Part shown: positions 29,123-40,507 of the stretch, one piece after another
Layout: each line of letters begins with the position of its first letter
How positions within the stretch are numbered: position 1 is the stretch's first letter
Position numbers and translations under genes: made by a program
The notes under the pieces: generated by a model
What the model saw: only the letters and a program-made list of their open reading frames with translations
Databases searched by the model: none
What the model was told of the DNA's origin: nothing
Virus record (IMG/VR): IMGVR_UViG_3300028197_001049
Coordinates: 14,805 to 78,804 of that record
Length of the DNA: 64,000 nucleotides
Direction: 5' to 3' (one strand)
Source: a virus

Positions 29123-31113
29123 TAGCTTAACCCCCCACCAGAAATAATAAATTCATTACTAGCACTACAAAGAATGGTACATAAACCTTTTGCGGCTAGC
29201 GTCCTGTTACCAGTATTTGAAGTACCTGCCTGATACATCGTAACTCCTCCTGCTGGCGCAATAGTTATATCACCTGCTGAGGCATTAAATACACTACACA
29301 TATCACCTGCTGTCAATGTACTTGCAGGAACAGTTACTGTTGTACCACTGGCAGTCATTCTGCTTAAATAACTTACATGTGCAGTTGTAAGACTAATATT
29401 GACGCCAGCACCTGCATGAATTCCAAGTCTTCCCACGATGGTGCCATCGGCAAGAATTTTTGCTGCTGCGCCAGTACCGTCAATAGCAGTAGGACTTACA
29501 TAGAAACCATTAGCTAGGAATAGATGAGCTGAGTTAGTACCACTATTGTTGACATTGCCGAGACGAACAAGTACGTCACTACCTACGTTATTTGAGTGAT
29601 CTACTCTTACAGTGTTAGCAAACGTGGCAGTTCCGATAGAATTGAGGTTGCCGTTGCCTGCATCAATAGACAATTTTGCGTCAGTAACTATCTGTGAAGA
29701 GGTGCCTATCAGCAGTGAACCATATTTGCTGATAGCACTGTACAAACCAACTGGAGTGTCAGATCCTTTTACTGCAAAACCAATATTACTTTCCCAAACT
29801 CCAGTGGTATTACTATAAGCAATCGTCTTGTCTGTCGTAGCTTTCAATGTAATTCCGCCACCGTCAGCCAGAGCATCGGAGGGAACAGATGTTACACCCA
29901 ACTCAATATTTTTATCGTCTACCTGTAGATTTGTAGTACCGATTGTAGTGGTAGTACCTGTAATATCAAGATTACCAATAACATAAACATCCTTATAAAT
30001 TAGGATTTTTTCATCAGAATTTGTCGTGGTAAACTTAATATAATCGTTAGTTCCTTCTTTGATTGTTAATGCAGATGACTCATTATCTTTGATGAGAAAG
30101 TCAGTAGCAGAGTTAGTTACATCAATGTTAGTCTGAACTTTTAGAGTATTCTGAATCGTTGTAGTTCCAGAACCAGCAAGGGCACCAATTTTTACATCAC
30201 CTTGAGTAATAAACAAATCAACAGTGTTTTGGGACGAAAGAAGTTCTCCGCCATTAATTGCTAAGTCTCCAGAAAGAACTACATCATCACTTAAAATGTT
30301 TAAATTAGTATTGACTCCAAGACTACCGGCCATGCCCATAGTAATGTCTTCAGCAGCACCAAGGAAATTTACATTAGTACTATTAGTATTAAATAAATCT
30401 AAATTAGGTGAGAAACTTTTAATATTACTATTTCTAATAGTAAAACTACCTGCTGATTGCTGACCCATTATAATGGTGGTAGCATCACCAAATGCTTCTA
30501 CAGTTGTTGCATAATCATCAAATAAATTAACTGATGATGTTGTTGACGGAACTCTAATATCACCAGAATCTACTTGAAGATGTCCAGTAAATGTTGAATT
30601 CTCATCAACTTGTAAAGTATCAATATTCGCAGTACCAGTAATATAAAGATCATTCCACTCTTTTCCAGTACTACCTAAGTTCCAACTTGCAGTAGTATCT
30701 GGAATAATACTTGAGTTTATGTCCGCATTAAAGACAACATTATCAGTATCAAGATCACCAAATGTTAATGTGCCACCTGATCCATTACCTGCTCTAAATG
30801 TAATATCTCCATCTACTTCTAAGTTACCAGTAACAGCAAGACTGGTACTCAGACCAATTTTATTTGCATCTACCTTATAAAAACCTTGTCCAGAATCCCA
30901 GAATAAACTTGGTGATGCTAGTGTACCATCATCCATCCCATGAGTCTGGTTAATTAAATCAACATCTCCATTGACAATTTCATTAATACCACTTACAACC
31001 TCATTAGTTGGTGTCAGTAAAGTTGAAACATCTCCAATATCCACACCAATGAAGTTAATCATCTGGCGTTGTTGTTCAAATGTAAAACTGACTAGTACTT
31101 CTCTAATTGCCAT
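29122..31113 (-). CDS. Tail fibre protein
   Basis: TFEQQRQMIN N-terminus; fibre shaft motifs (GNL.VDG.I, TT.LQVDDKNIELG, A.GGGITLK); C-terminal NRTLA.KGLCTIL..ISGGGLS. Confidence 0.75.
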   Translation of the reverse strand: MAIREVLVSFTFEQQRQMINFIGVDIGDVSTLLTPTNEVVSGINEIVNGDVDLINQTHGMDDGTLASPSLFWDSGQGFYKVDANKIGLSTSLAVTGNLEVDGDITFRAGNGSGGTLTFGDLDTDNVVFNADINSSIIPDTTASWNLGSTGKEWNDLYITGTANIDTLQVDENSTFTGHLQVDSGDIRVPSTTSSVNLFDDYATTVEAFGDATTIIMGQQSAGSFTIRNSNIKSFSPNLDLFNTNSTNVNFLGAAEDITMGMAGSLGVNTNLNILSDDVVLSGDLAINGGELLSSQNTVDLFITQGDVKIGALAGSGTTTIQNTLKVQTNIDVTNSATDFLIKDNESSALTIKEGTNDYIKFTTTNSDEKILIYKDVYVIGNLDITGTTTTIGTTNLQVDDKNIELGVTSVPSDALADGGGITLKATTDKTIAYSNTTGVWESNIGFAVKGSDTPVGLYSAISKYGSLLIGTSSQIVTDAKLSIDAGNGNLNSIGTATFANTVRVDHSNNVGSDVLVRLGNVNNSGTNSAHLFLANGFYVSPTAIDGTGAAAKILADGTIVGRLGIHAGAGVNISLTTAHVSYLSRMTASGTTVTVPASTLTAGDMCSVFNASAGDITIAPAGGVTMYQAGTSNTGNRTLAAKGLCTILCSASNEFIISGGGLS

Positions 31114-31309
31114 TGGTAAGTTTCTTTAGTAACTGCTTGATTTCATCAAGTTCTTGCTTCAAAGTATTTATCTCTGAAACCATCCCTTCTCTATTTGCTT
31201 TTGCCTCAATATAATTTTCATAATCAGTACTATTAAAATTGATCACAGCACCAGTTTTAGAATCCCGATATAAATTGCTATGACCATCTACTTTAATTTT
31301 ATCTATCAT
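31103..31309 (-). CDS. Small coiled-coil hypothetical protein
   Basis: KVDGHSNLYRD..TGAVIN...EINTLKQELDEIKQLL; overlaps both neighbours. Confidence 0.8.
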   Translation of the reverse strand: MIDKIKVDGHSNLYRDSKTGAVINFNSTDYENYIEAKANREGMVSEINTLKQELDEIKQLLKKLTNGN

Positions 31310-34300
31310 GAACTAGCAATAACACGAAGATCTTCAATTCTTGGAGCAAGTGCAGGATTATCACCGATAAAAATAATTTTAATAGCGAATGATGAGAATG
31401 GTTTCATATTATTTGAACTATATGCATATTCTAAATAAGATTCTAGATCTTCAACTGAAGGTGATAAAGATTTAAAGTTATTTGGAATAACTTCAGTATT
31501 TTTATCTGAAAGACCAGTTCCATTAAAGTACTCCCACACTAAATCATTGAAGTTTTCATTGCTTCCATCAGGGCGAATTTTATACATTACTTTGACGTTA
31601 TCATTACTGAATACATTAGCAGTAATCTTACAGTCAATAGATGTAGCTGGATTATCTAAAGTAACTTCTTTAGTTAAATATTTAGATGCAGAAGATCCAT
31701 TAAATCTATCTTCTTCAACAAATAAGAATCCTTTAGAATCAGTTACTCCAGTGATTGCTCTAGATGCTTGAGGAGATTGTCCCGCTCCGCTGTCATCAAT
31801 AAGGTCACCAACCACAAAAAGATTAGGTGTAGTCAGTTTTACTTTGAGTGATCCTGTTCCAGAATCCCATCCAATAACAATTCCTGATTTAATGGTTTGA
31901 GAGTCTAACTGAGCAGATACTGCTGATTGGGCAATTGGATTTGATGGTATAAACTCACCAATAACATCAATGACAGTTAATGTGTTGTCGCTAAGATTGA
32001 CATTAACAATTTGACCAGATGCACCATTTGACGCCTGTGTCAATCTAGTTGCAGTATCAACTGTATTAGTAAAGTTTCCACCAGTTGCTTGACTAAATGT
32101 CATGACAGATGTTCCTACAATATCTGGAGTGATTGTAGAAACTGAGAAATTTGAACTAGAAGAAACGGTTAAAGTTTGAGAGATTGTACCAAATCTATCC
32201 TCATTTCCTGTTGGTTTATCAATTCTACTAGAGACAGTGATCAAATTAGATCTTTCAACGTCAAAAACTGGCGATACATTATCTCTATTTGTAGATAGAG
32301 ATACAGTATAGAGAATTGATTTATTACCATTAAGTTTTGACGAACCTGCTCTTAAAGATTCATTGATTGGTGATGCAATAACTCTACTATCTTCATAATA
32401 ATAGTTGTCATTTGCTGTAATTGAATTTACTGTTCCGAGAGAATACTCATTAGTTGTAGCAGAATCTACTGCTTTGCCATAAGCAGTTCTAATTGTTTGA
32501 GAGACACTTGATGATGGGAATGTCAGAGTTGAGACTTGTGGAGATACAACTTGGAATAATTTATTTGTCGTGGATCTAATTGCAGTACCACCACCAGAAC
32601 CACTACCAGTCATAGCAACATTAGCAGCATTCCAAAGAGTACTGTCAATCTGAATACAATATTCATCAAGTCCTACATTCTGAACATTATGGAGACCATT
32701 AATCAAAGTAACTGGAATACCGTAAATGGCATTTTGAGCACCTGATCCAATAACGTTATCCAAGATAACTAAATCTCCTTCTGTCATGCCATGGTTAGGA
32801 TGAGAGATACGAAGAACTTTTTGATTAGCACCAAATTTTTGAGAAGTTCCCTCAATATTATCAACAAAAATTGGATTGTCTGGTAAGTCTACAGAACCTA
32901 GATCTTCATTGACTAATTCAATATTTGCAGTAGATGTAGTATTGAATACACATCTGTTTGCACTAAATTTAAGATCTTGTAAATCATCCTCAGACCAAGA
33001 TCCAGAATTTTGAGATTTGAACAGAGACCCTACATTTGGAGATGATGACGCAACTGCCACACTATTGAGAATACTTTCCCCAACTACCGAAGTATATAAT
33101 TCATAATCTTGAGAAGATGATGTTACTACAATTGCATATGTTGAATCATTTTGAAGATATACTGGACCATCAAACAAGAACTTAGAAGCAGAAGTTGCAT
33201 CACTAGAGATTGAAATGCCCATACGAACTGCTGGATCAGTGATTCTCAAGATAGCAGTTGCAGTTGCGAGGCTATCACCACCAGAAATAGAAACAGTTGG
33301 GGCAGTATAGTAATTTTTACCTTTATTAGTAACATCTACTTTATAAATTCTACCGTCATAAATTTTTGCTGAGGCAGTTGCAGAAGTACCAAAAGTTCCA
33401 CCGACATCACCAATAATAGTTATTGATGTTGTTCCTGTAGTATACGCAGATCCAAAAGTATCAACTTGAATATCTTCAATAATACCAGAATCTTCGTCAA
33501 TATTAAATACTGTTGCAGTAATAGATGGGGATCTATTTACATTAAACTCCTCTCCTGCAATAAAGTTAATTCCATTATGATTTGAAAGAATTAAATTATA
33601 TCTTGTTGATGCAGAAGTTAAGATAAGATTACCCTTAATAGTTCCTGATGCACCAGATGTCTTACCAGTAATTGTTTCTCCTTGAAGAAGAGTAAGACCA
33701 GTAGGGACATCATTTGTCATCTTAATTCTGAGAGTAGTATCTGCAGACAATGTAGTTTCACTGAAAGGAAGAACATTTCTTGTAGGAATTCCTCCGTTTG
33801 TTTCTGTCAGATACATTGAAACAGGTCTAAGCGTATCTTCCCCAGTTGGAGTTGCTTTATTTGAGAAGAACAAATCAATACTAGAAATAAATATGCCATC
33901 TTCAAATCCAGACACTGTAAATGTTTGTGCCATAGGATCTAAAAGTCCAGACTGATTAGATCCAGATAATGAACTATTTACATACTGGACACTATCAGAA
34001 TTTGAAGGTGACCTTCTGTAGATGTAGGGAACTCTTGTGGAAGAAATTGTGGGACTTGTAGTCTCTGGAATACCCGATACTGTATAAGGAGATTCTGCAA
34101 AAGTAATGACATTTTCTGAATTTCCACTATTTGTGCTGCTGGATGTTAATCTAAACGATTTACTACCAACAACAAAAGATTTCTTAACACTAGACGTATC
34201 GTAGAATGTTGAAATATTAGTGGAAAAATCAAGAGTTTTCTTATTTTTTAATGGAGCAAATCCATTAGGAATTAAGAAAATACCACTAATATTTCCATTA

Positions 34301-37300
34301 TCATCAGTGACCATAGGCTCACCAAATCCTTTTTCTGAGTATCCACCCACACCCGTGAACGGTGTGACGATATTTGTAACATCATCAGCGTTTATCCAAC
34401 TAGTTACATCAATTCCATCAAAGAATGCATACAGTTTGGTATTTGGTTCCAGACCTTTGGCAACAAATTGAACCATTCTTGATCTGATATATGAATTATA
34501 TGGTGTAGATACACTTCTACTTCCTTTGGTTATAGAAGCAGTACCATACGGAGACAATCTATTCTGCGTTCCATTTCTAGTTCTAGATCTAGTTTTTCCA
34601 GAAATAACAAGATTAGAAATATCTGCAAATTGACTGTTTATAGAATTAGTAGAATTGGTAAGACTATAGATTGGAGTTCCAGTCCAATTCATTTGCCACT
34701 CATTCCAAACACTACCCCAACAGTTAGTACCATTTTTTATATTATCTAAAATTGAATTCTCATTAAGAATCAATTCTGGATCAGTAAATGTATCTTTCCA
34801 CTCATCAAGATTTGGTGTGAGTATACAAATACCACTGTACTTGGATGATTTATTTGGATTGATAGTAGCTGTAGTTGTCGCAGATGTATTTTGGATTACT
34901 ACTTTTTCAGTATATGGAAGAGTAATAAATCCTGTGCGGTTTACATATCCATCAGCAAGTCTCTGTGAATCATTTACATTTTTCTCAATCAATTTAGTTT
35001 GCGATGATGCAAAACTTGGTCTTAAAACACCAGTTTGCATATCAACCGAACATCTATAGTCGCTTGATGAACTATTACCAATACCATGACCTTCAAAATT
35101 ATCTACAAGGATACCATTTTTAAATCTATCATTTCCAAACTCATCTTTAATTTGAGCATTAAATGTATCTTGCTCAAGCAAGCTAAGTACAGTATAATAT
35201 TCAAGTTTTTCAACACGTTTTTCAAGTTTTCCGATATCTCGCATTGTGTAGCGACGATTATCAAAACTCTTAGTTGTGACATCAGTAATATTATATGTGT
35301 AAGCAGGAACATTTATATGATACAAAAGGATTGCATCAGAAATTTCTGCAGGAGTTTGTGGATTAAGCGAAGGAGTTCCCTTTGATACCACAAAATTACC
35401 ATTCTTGGAAATATATACGCTATCAATTCTATTGAGATAGAATTCATACCCAGACTCAAATGCAGTTCCTGATAATGCTATAGTTGATGCAGAAGAACCA
35501 GTACCAGTAAACTTCAATGCATTTGTAGTAAGTTTATCGCTGTATCCAGGAAGAACTGTTGCAGTATCAGTACCATCATAGTCAGATACTCTAGGTCTGA
35601 AATCAACTGCATCTCTTAATGAGATCTTGCCAAAAGATGAAGAATCATAATCAGGAATATTTTTGTACTCAATGTTAGTGTATGAGTCAACAGTAAAATA
35701 ATCACCTGTGTTAACTCCACCAACATGCTTAAAGTAATCAAATACAACTAACAATTTATTTGTAGGGAAGATTGCACCAGGCTTTAAGATAATTCTTGCA
35801 AGATCATAATGTGTATCCCTTTGCCCGCCGTCAAAGATAAACCGATCAGTAATATCAACATCAAGTTTGGTAGCAGCTGCCGCAGTTGCTGACATATGGA
35901 TAGATCTTAATTTAAGTCCATCGGCAAATCCAACAGGAATAACTGGATCGTTAAATCCAGTATTTACATTATATTCATTGTTTTCTACAAGAATTTTAGT
36001 TTTAGGGGCGGTATCAACTTTTCTTACTGGAGCAATAACTTTAAATGCAATATTCGCAAAAGATACCCCAAGATCAATATTCAGTGTTTTATTTGATCCT
36101 GACAAAGTAGTGACACCAGTTAAATCAATCAATTGACCATTCTGGGGATTACTCATTACATAATTTGATGATGTAAATCCTAAGAACTGTTCATTAGTGC
36201 CTACAGTAACACTCACTGCACCTGCACCATCCAAATTACCAATAAATTCTGCCTGGACAGTATAATTGATGTTAGTGTTATTAGAATCTAATACTAATGT
36301 TTTTATATGCTTATTTGGAAGAGGATAAATTAATGAATTCTTTTCTCCACCAGAAAGTTTTGATCTAACTCTAATAACTTTTTTAGCACTAAATGATGAA
36401 AGTATTGAACCGAATACATAAATTCTAGAGGTATCCTGAGTTCCATCTAGACAAGCAAATCTTACGATATACTTTCTAGAAACTCCAGTATTATCAACAA
36501 TTCTAATAACATCACCAGATACGAGGTCTAAATCTGGTCTTGATCCTAAATTATCTGCGGTTATAAAATAATTTCCTTCAGTTGCACTAAAGGTTGATCC
36601 TCCATCAATATAATAAGTTGATTCAGCTGATGCAATATCACCTGCAAAATCATTACCTGTAGTAGCGTTAAAGAAACTCTTGACAAAGGATGAATCATAA
36701 TTGATTGCATTGTCAATGTTCGTAATAGCAACTACTGCACAAGAATATCCATTATTTGCAACAATCTCAACTGTTGGTGGAGTAGAAAATGTACCAATAG
36801 CTGCCCTAGCATCGGATGTAATTGTAATTGATCTGATTTCAGTACTAACTACATTGATATTACTAGCACCAATTTCAGTTAATCTATTGACGCCATTGAT
36901 GTTAATAGCTGTTACATCAGCATTATTTGTATATGCAGTTCCAAATGCAACAACCTTTAACTCTTGAAGTGTTCCTTCTTCTTCGGAGAAATTGAAAGGT
37001 GTAACATTTCCATCTTGTTCTGATTGAAGAGTTTCTCCAGGAACAAATTCTCCAGTAACTCTAGAAAGAACCAGTTCATTTGTTTGTGTTAACAGTTGCT
37101 CAACGATTCCTCTAGCACGACTTGACTGACCATCAATAAATTTACCAATAGTAAAGTTAAGAGGATTTTTACATCTAATTTTTGTAAAATACTCTACACC
37201 AAATAATCCTAACTTAAATAATGCCGACTTGTCATATACATTATTTGATGACGAACCAGAAACAAAATTAACTGATCTTGTCTTACCAATACCTATAAGG

Positions 37301-38850
37301 GGGGTTGAAATTTGTTCGGTTGTCTTAAGAGTACCATTGACAGCACCCATAACGATTGATTCGCCAATTTCATGGACTACGGTGCCTACTTTAGTAATAA
37401 GTGCTACTGCTTCATTCTGACTAGCATTCAAAGCATAAGATCTCACCTCTCCCGTAATACTACCATTAGTATAGTTTGCAGGAAGTGATGGTGTAGCAGT
37501 TGAACTCAAATTTTCAATTGTAACGATAAAATAATTCTCTCCATCAGGAGCAGTACCATCTAAGTTAGCTGTAGTATCACCAAATTGAACATCAGTAAAT
37601 TTATCAAAAAACTTAAGTTCCTGGAAAGAATTTGTACTCAACAACCCCATACCAGTAAGTGACTGCGACTTACTTTCTACATCAGGGAATGAAAGTAGAT
37701 TCTTTACAGTATAACTAGAAGACTCTGATGGTGTGATTGAATTATTTTCCTGTTTCTCAGTATCTCTTGCTTTATCTACCGTAATGTATCTAACACCTGT
37801 TGTCTCAATTTCATATCCTTTAACATATGCTTTTCCTGGTTCTAATACCAATAAAAATTTGGACTCCGAACCATTAGGATACACACCATTATTATCAGAG
37901 GTAGATAAACTTTCTTTAATTCCAATAAGGAATTCTTTGACAACATAATCTCCAGATTCGTCAAACGTTCTTCTAGCAAGAACGTCTTCAAGAAGAGCAT
38001 TTGTATTTGCAATACCTACAGACTCAGTTGCCTCTCCAGAAGTTACCTCAAGTAATTGAACAAAATCTTTTTGATCTGGAAAATCAATAGGTCTCTGGAC
38101 TAATGATAGAGACATCTTAAGTCTATGTGCTCCAGGAGCAGCAAAATTAGAATACCCCTGTGCATTGTCAAGTAAAGAAAAATCTTCTTCAGATGTAGTT
38201 AATTGCTCAGATACAATAAATCCAACTTTTAAAGTAGGACTATTGTTATATTTTTCAAGAATAATAGTTTCGTTTTTATTCTTAACTAGACTACCATTAA
38301 TAAAGTAAATTCCTTGTCTTACTGAAGCAGCACAACCATATCCTAATGCATTACTAGAAGTAGGCTTCACATTACCACTGATACCTACAATAGCTGTAGG
38401 TGATCCTGGAGTATTTGCTGTAATTGTTTCACCTTCATTAAACTTTTCATCAATAGTACTCGTCCCGCCATTTTCATATTTGACGAATAAAGTGGCAGAA
38501 TCACTGGTGGTAGCAGAAGTAGCATTTACAACAGTTCCGATAACACCAGAAGTATTGCCTGTCATTTTTTTACCGATGTAATCGGTAATCTGTAAGTTAT
38601 TAGTAAAAGAACTAATTTTTACATAACTATATTGCTTATCTACAATAAGTTCCCCAGGTACAACAACAGATCCCTGTTTGAAATTTGCTTTCGCAAGACT
38701 CTCAACTTGATTTTGTAAAATTGATTGCAGCGTAGTTAGTTCTCTAGACTGAATTGAAAATCCAGGTCTAAAGAGAACTTTATAGAAGTTGCTATTCGGA
38801 TCAAAATCATCAAAGTATGGAGCTTTGTTTAGATTAGTACTCTGGGGCAT
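31306..38850 (-). CDS. VrlC-like (DUF4815) large baseplate/structural protein
   Basis: NLNKAPYFDDFD...FYKVLFRPG..IQ.RELTTLQSILQNQ; LARRTFDESGDY; RRYTMRDIGKLEKR...LEYYT.LSLLE; DP.AQTF. Confidence 0.88.
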   Translation of the reverse strand: MPQSTNLNKAPYFDDFDPNSNFYKVLFRPGFSIQSRELTTLQSILQNQVESLAKANFKQGSVVVPGELIVDKQYSYVKISSFTNNLQITDYIGKKMTGNTSGVIGTVVNATSATTSDSATLFVKYENGGTSTIDEKFNEGETITANTPGSPTAIVGISGNVKPTSSNALGYGCAASVRQGIYFINGSLVKNKNETIILEKYNNSPTLKVGFIVSEQLTTSEEDFSLLDNAQGYSNFAAPGAHRLKMSLSLVQRPIDFPDQKDFVQLLEVTSGEATESVGIANTNALLEDVLARRTFDESGDYVVKEFLIGIKESLSTSDNNGVYPNGSESKFLLVLEPGKAYVKGYEIETTGVRYITVDKARDTEKQENNSITPSESSSYTVKNLLSFPDVESKSQSLTGMGLLSTNSFQELKFFDKFTDVQFGDTTANLDGTAPDGENYFIVTIENLSSTATPSLPANYTNGSITGEVRSYALNASQNEAVALITKVGTVVHEIGESIVMGAVNGTLKTTEQISTPLIGIGKTRSVNFVSGSSSNNVYDKSALFKLGLFGVEYFTKIRCKNPLNFTIGKFIDGQSSRARGIVEQLLTQTNELVLSRVTGEFVPGETLQSEQDGNVTPFNFSEEEGTLQELKVVAFGTAYTNNADVTAININGVNRLTEIGASNINVVSTEIRSITITSDARAAIGTFSTPPTVEIVANNGYSCAVVAITNIDNAINYDSSFVKSFFNATTGNDFAGDIASAESTYYIDGGSTFSATEGNYFITADNLGSRPDLDLVSGDVIRIVDNTGVSRKYIVRFACLDGTQDTSRIYVFGSILSSFSAKKVIRVRSKLSGGEKNSLIYPLPNKHIKTLVLDSNNTNINYTVQAEFIGNLDGAGAVSVTVGTNEQFLGFTSSNYVMSNPQNGQLIDLTGVTTLSGSNKTLNIDLGVSFANIAFKVIAPVRKVDTAPKTKILVENNEYNVNTGFNDPVIPVGFADGLKLRSIHMSATAAAATKLDVDITDRFIFDGGQRDTHYDLARIILKPGAIFPTNKLLVVFDYFKHVGGVNTGDYFTVDSYTNIEYKNIPDYDSSSFGKISLRDAVDFRPRVSDYDGTDTATVLPGYSDKLTTNALKFTGTGSSASTIALSGTAFESGYEFYLNRIDSVYISKNGNFVVSKGTPSLNPQTPAEISDAILLYHINVPAYTYNITDVTTKSFDNRRYTMRDIGKLEKRVEKLEYYTVLSLLEQDTFNAQIKDEFGNDRFKNGILVDNFEGHGIGNSSSSDYRCSVDMQTGVLRPSFASSQTKLIEKNVNDSQRLADGYVNRTGFITLPYTEKVVIQNTSATTTATINPNKSSKYSGICILTPNLDEWKDTFTDPELILNENSILDNIKNGTNCWGSVWNEWQMNWTGTPIYSLTNSTNSINSQFADISNLVISGKTRSRTRNGTQNRLSPYGTASITKGSRSVSTPYNSYIRSRMVQFVAKGLEPNTKLYAFFDGIDVTSWINADDVTNIVTPFTGVGGYSEKGFGEPMVTDDNGNISGIFLIPNGFAPLKNKKTLDFSTNISTFYDTSSVKKSFVVGSKSFRLTSSSTNSGNSENVITFAESPYTVSGIPETTSPTISSTRVPYIYRRSPSNSDSVQYVNSSLSGSNQSGLLDPMAQTFTVSGFEDGIFISSIDLFFSNKATPTGEDTLRPVSMYLTETNGGIPTRNVLPFSETTLSADTTLRIKMTNDVPTGLTLLQGETITGKTSGASGTIKGNLILTSASTRYNLILSNHNGINFIAGEEFNVNRSPSITATVFNIDEDSGIIEDIQVDTFGSAYTTGTTSITIIGDVGGTFGTSATASAKIYDGRIYKVDVTNKGKNYYTAPTVSISGGDSLATATAILRITDPAVRMGISISSDATSASKFLFDGPVYLQNDSTYAIVVTSSSQDYELYTSVVGESILNSVAVASSSPNVGSLFKSQNSGSWSEDDLQDLKFSANRCVFNTTSTANIELVNEDLGSVDLPDNPIFVDNIEGTSQKFGANQKVLRISHPNHGMTEGDLVILDNVIGSGAQNAIYGIPVTLINGLHNVQNVGLDEYCIQIDSTLWNAANVAMTGSGSGGGTAIRSTTNKLFQVVSPQVSTLTFPSSSVSQTIRTAYGKAVDSATTNEYSLGTVNSITANDNYYYEDSRVIASPINESLRAGSSKLNGNKSILYTVSLSTNRDNVSPVFDVERSNLITVSSRIDKPTGNEDRFGTISQTLTVSSSSNFSVSTITPDIVGTSVMTFSQATGGNFTNTVDTATRLTQASNGASGQIVNVNLSDNTLTVIDVIGEFIPSNPIAQSAVSAQLDSQTIKSGIVIGWDSGTGSLKVKLTTPNLFVVGDLIDDSGAGQSPQASRAITGVTDSKGFLFVEEDRFNGSSASKYLTKEVTLDNPATSIDCKITANVFSNDNVKVMYKIRPDGSNENFNDLVWEYFNGTGLSDKNTEVIPNNFKSLSPSVEDLESYLEYAYSSNNMKPFSSFAIKIIFIGDNPALAPRIEDLRVIASS

Positions 38851-38892
38851 ATTACTAGGCTAGAATGTTGTTTTGATCTTGTATGATATATA

Positions 38893-40464
38893 TCAGAATT
38901 CTACGACCAATTTCACATCCTCAATTTGGTCAATTGAGCGAGAAACTGTTCTTCTGTTTTCAACATAAATGATATCACCTGTATACTTCTTGACTTCTGG
39001 CGTTGAATAACCATTGGCAAAAGTCAAATTGGAAGTAGTAGAACTATATGCTGTATCTGGAGTCTCAACTGATCCAGATCCCGATCCTGTAATTGCATTG
39101 CCGCCAGAGAAAGGAGTCAGATCTCCACCTTGATCTCCAGTAGCAATATGCTCATAGCTGCTCTGATAAATTTTAAGGATTTTAGTTCCCGAATCCCATG
39201 AAACAACCTTACCAGAAGCACCAGTAGTTGTTTGAGTAATTACTTCATCAATATTAAATGATGCTGCAGTTGCTGAAGGGAATTTAATTGCAGTCAAAGC
39301 ACTATAAGTTACACCGCTCGCAGCGCCACCACCTGCTTCCAGAGGATCGCGAAGGATACCGATTCTTCTGAAGTCAGTATCAACTGGGAACTCTTGGTTC
39401 TCATCATATGCTACTCTAGAATTAATCATAACACGCTTGGTGCCAAGTTCTTTGAAGATATTAGCACCATGACCACCTGAAGGAGGAAGAACTACTTCCA
39501 ATACTGAAACAGAACTAGGTGATCCAATACCAGTAATTTCAGTTGCATTTACGTTGATGTAAGCATAGGTATAACCAGAACCAGGAGTTGTGATGGTTAC
39601 CTCACTAACAGTACCACTAGTAACTTTTACTGTAGCAAGTGCTTGGACTCCACCATTTTGTGACCAATCTCCACGAATAGGGACACTAGTATATCCAGTA
39701 ACGTCATTATCAGTGTAACCTGCTCCACCATTTTTAATCACTACTGTGTCAATAGATCCATCAACCGCAGCATTCTTTACATCAGTTCCATTAGAAGGAT
39801 CTCCAGAAGGACCAGTTCCCCAAGCAGCAGGAACAGGAATATAAGAACTAGTGAAGAATTTGATTACATCATCAGTACCGATGCTGTACAAAAACTTCCA
39901 TTTATATCCATCTGCAGTATTGAAGATAGATGTCTGAGTTCCTGAAGGAGCAACTGTAGAAGCAGTTCCGTTAGGGTTAGCAGGAGAAGAACCGTTGAAG
40001 ATACACTTGTAAATTTTATAATCATTTACAACATAATACTTGGCACTATAAAGATGGGGAGCATTTTCTCCTGCAGAATTCGCTTTATAGTCAGTACTAT
40101 AATTAGAACGATACATGGAGTATGTAACTCCAGATGTCCAATTATATCTTGGGATTACTAATCGTACATCTGATGAAGTGACTCTCTTAAGAGAGATCAT
40201 ATCGTCAAAAGTTTCTTTTTCGTAATTGAAGCTATCAACGGGTGTAGGTGGATTGTTCTCGTCTGGCGTTGCCAGATAAGAGTTACTATGCTGACTACCT
40301 GTTGATTGCCCAACGTAAGAGGTCGCACCAGCTACAGCTGCGGTATCCCAGTTTTGTGGTCTACCCATAAAGAAGTACATCTTGGTAGATGCCGCTTCGG
40401 AAAATGCTTCATCAAATTGTTGTGCATTATGAATTCTAAATTGTTCAGAAATTAAAGCTGGCAT
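38893..40464 (-). CDS. g8: Baseplate wedge subunit
   Basis: FRI.NA..F, MYFFMGRP..W, IPRYNW, YKIYKCI.NG, DGYKWKFLY, FRRIGILRDP, GDIIYVENR..R..DQIEDVKLVVEF. Confidence 0.92.
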   Translation of the reverse strand: MPALISEQFRIHNAQQFDEAFSEAASTKMYFFMGRPQNWDTAAVAGATSYVGQSTGSQHSNSYLATPDENNPPTPVDSFNYEKETFDDMISLKRVTSSDVRLVIPRYNWTSGVTYSMYRSNYSTDYKANSAGENAPHLYSAKYYVVNDYKIYKCIFNGSSPANPNGTASTVAPSGTQTSIFNTADGYKWKFLYSIGTDDVIKFFTSSYIPVPAAWGTGPSGDPSNGTDVKNAAVDGSIDTVVIKNGGAGYTDNDVTGYTSVPIRGDWSQNGGVQALATVKVTSGTVSEVTITTPGSGYTYAYINVNATEITGIGSPSSVSVLEVVLPPSGGHGANIFKELGTKRVMINSRVAYDENQEFPVDTDFRRIGILRDPLEAGGGAASGVTYSALTAIKFPSATAASFNIDEVITQTTTGASGKVVSWDSGTKILKIYQSSYEHIATGDQGGDLTPFSGGNAITGSGSGSVETPDTAYSSTTSNLTFANGYSTPEVKKYTGDIIYVENRRTVSRSIDQIEDVKLVVEF

Positions 40465-40495
40465 TTCTATAAGTGGTTTACGGTTTTCCTTGTGT

Positions 40496-40503
40496 TATTT
40501 ATA
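40496..40503 (-). promoter_or_regulatory. Late promoter upstream of g8
   Basis: TATAAATA about 32 nt before the ATG. Confidence 0.75.
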
Positions 40504-40507
40504 TTTA

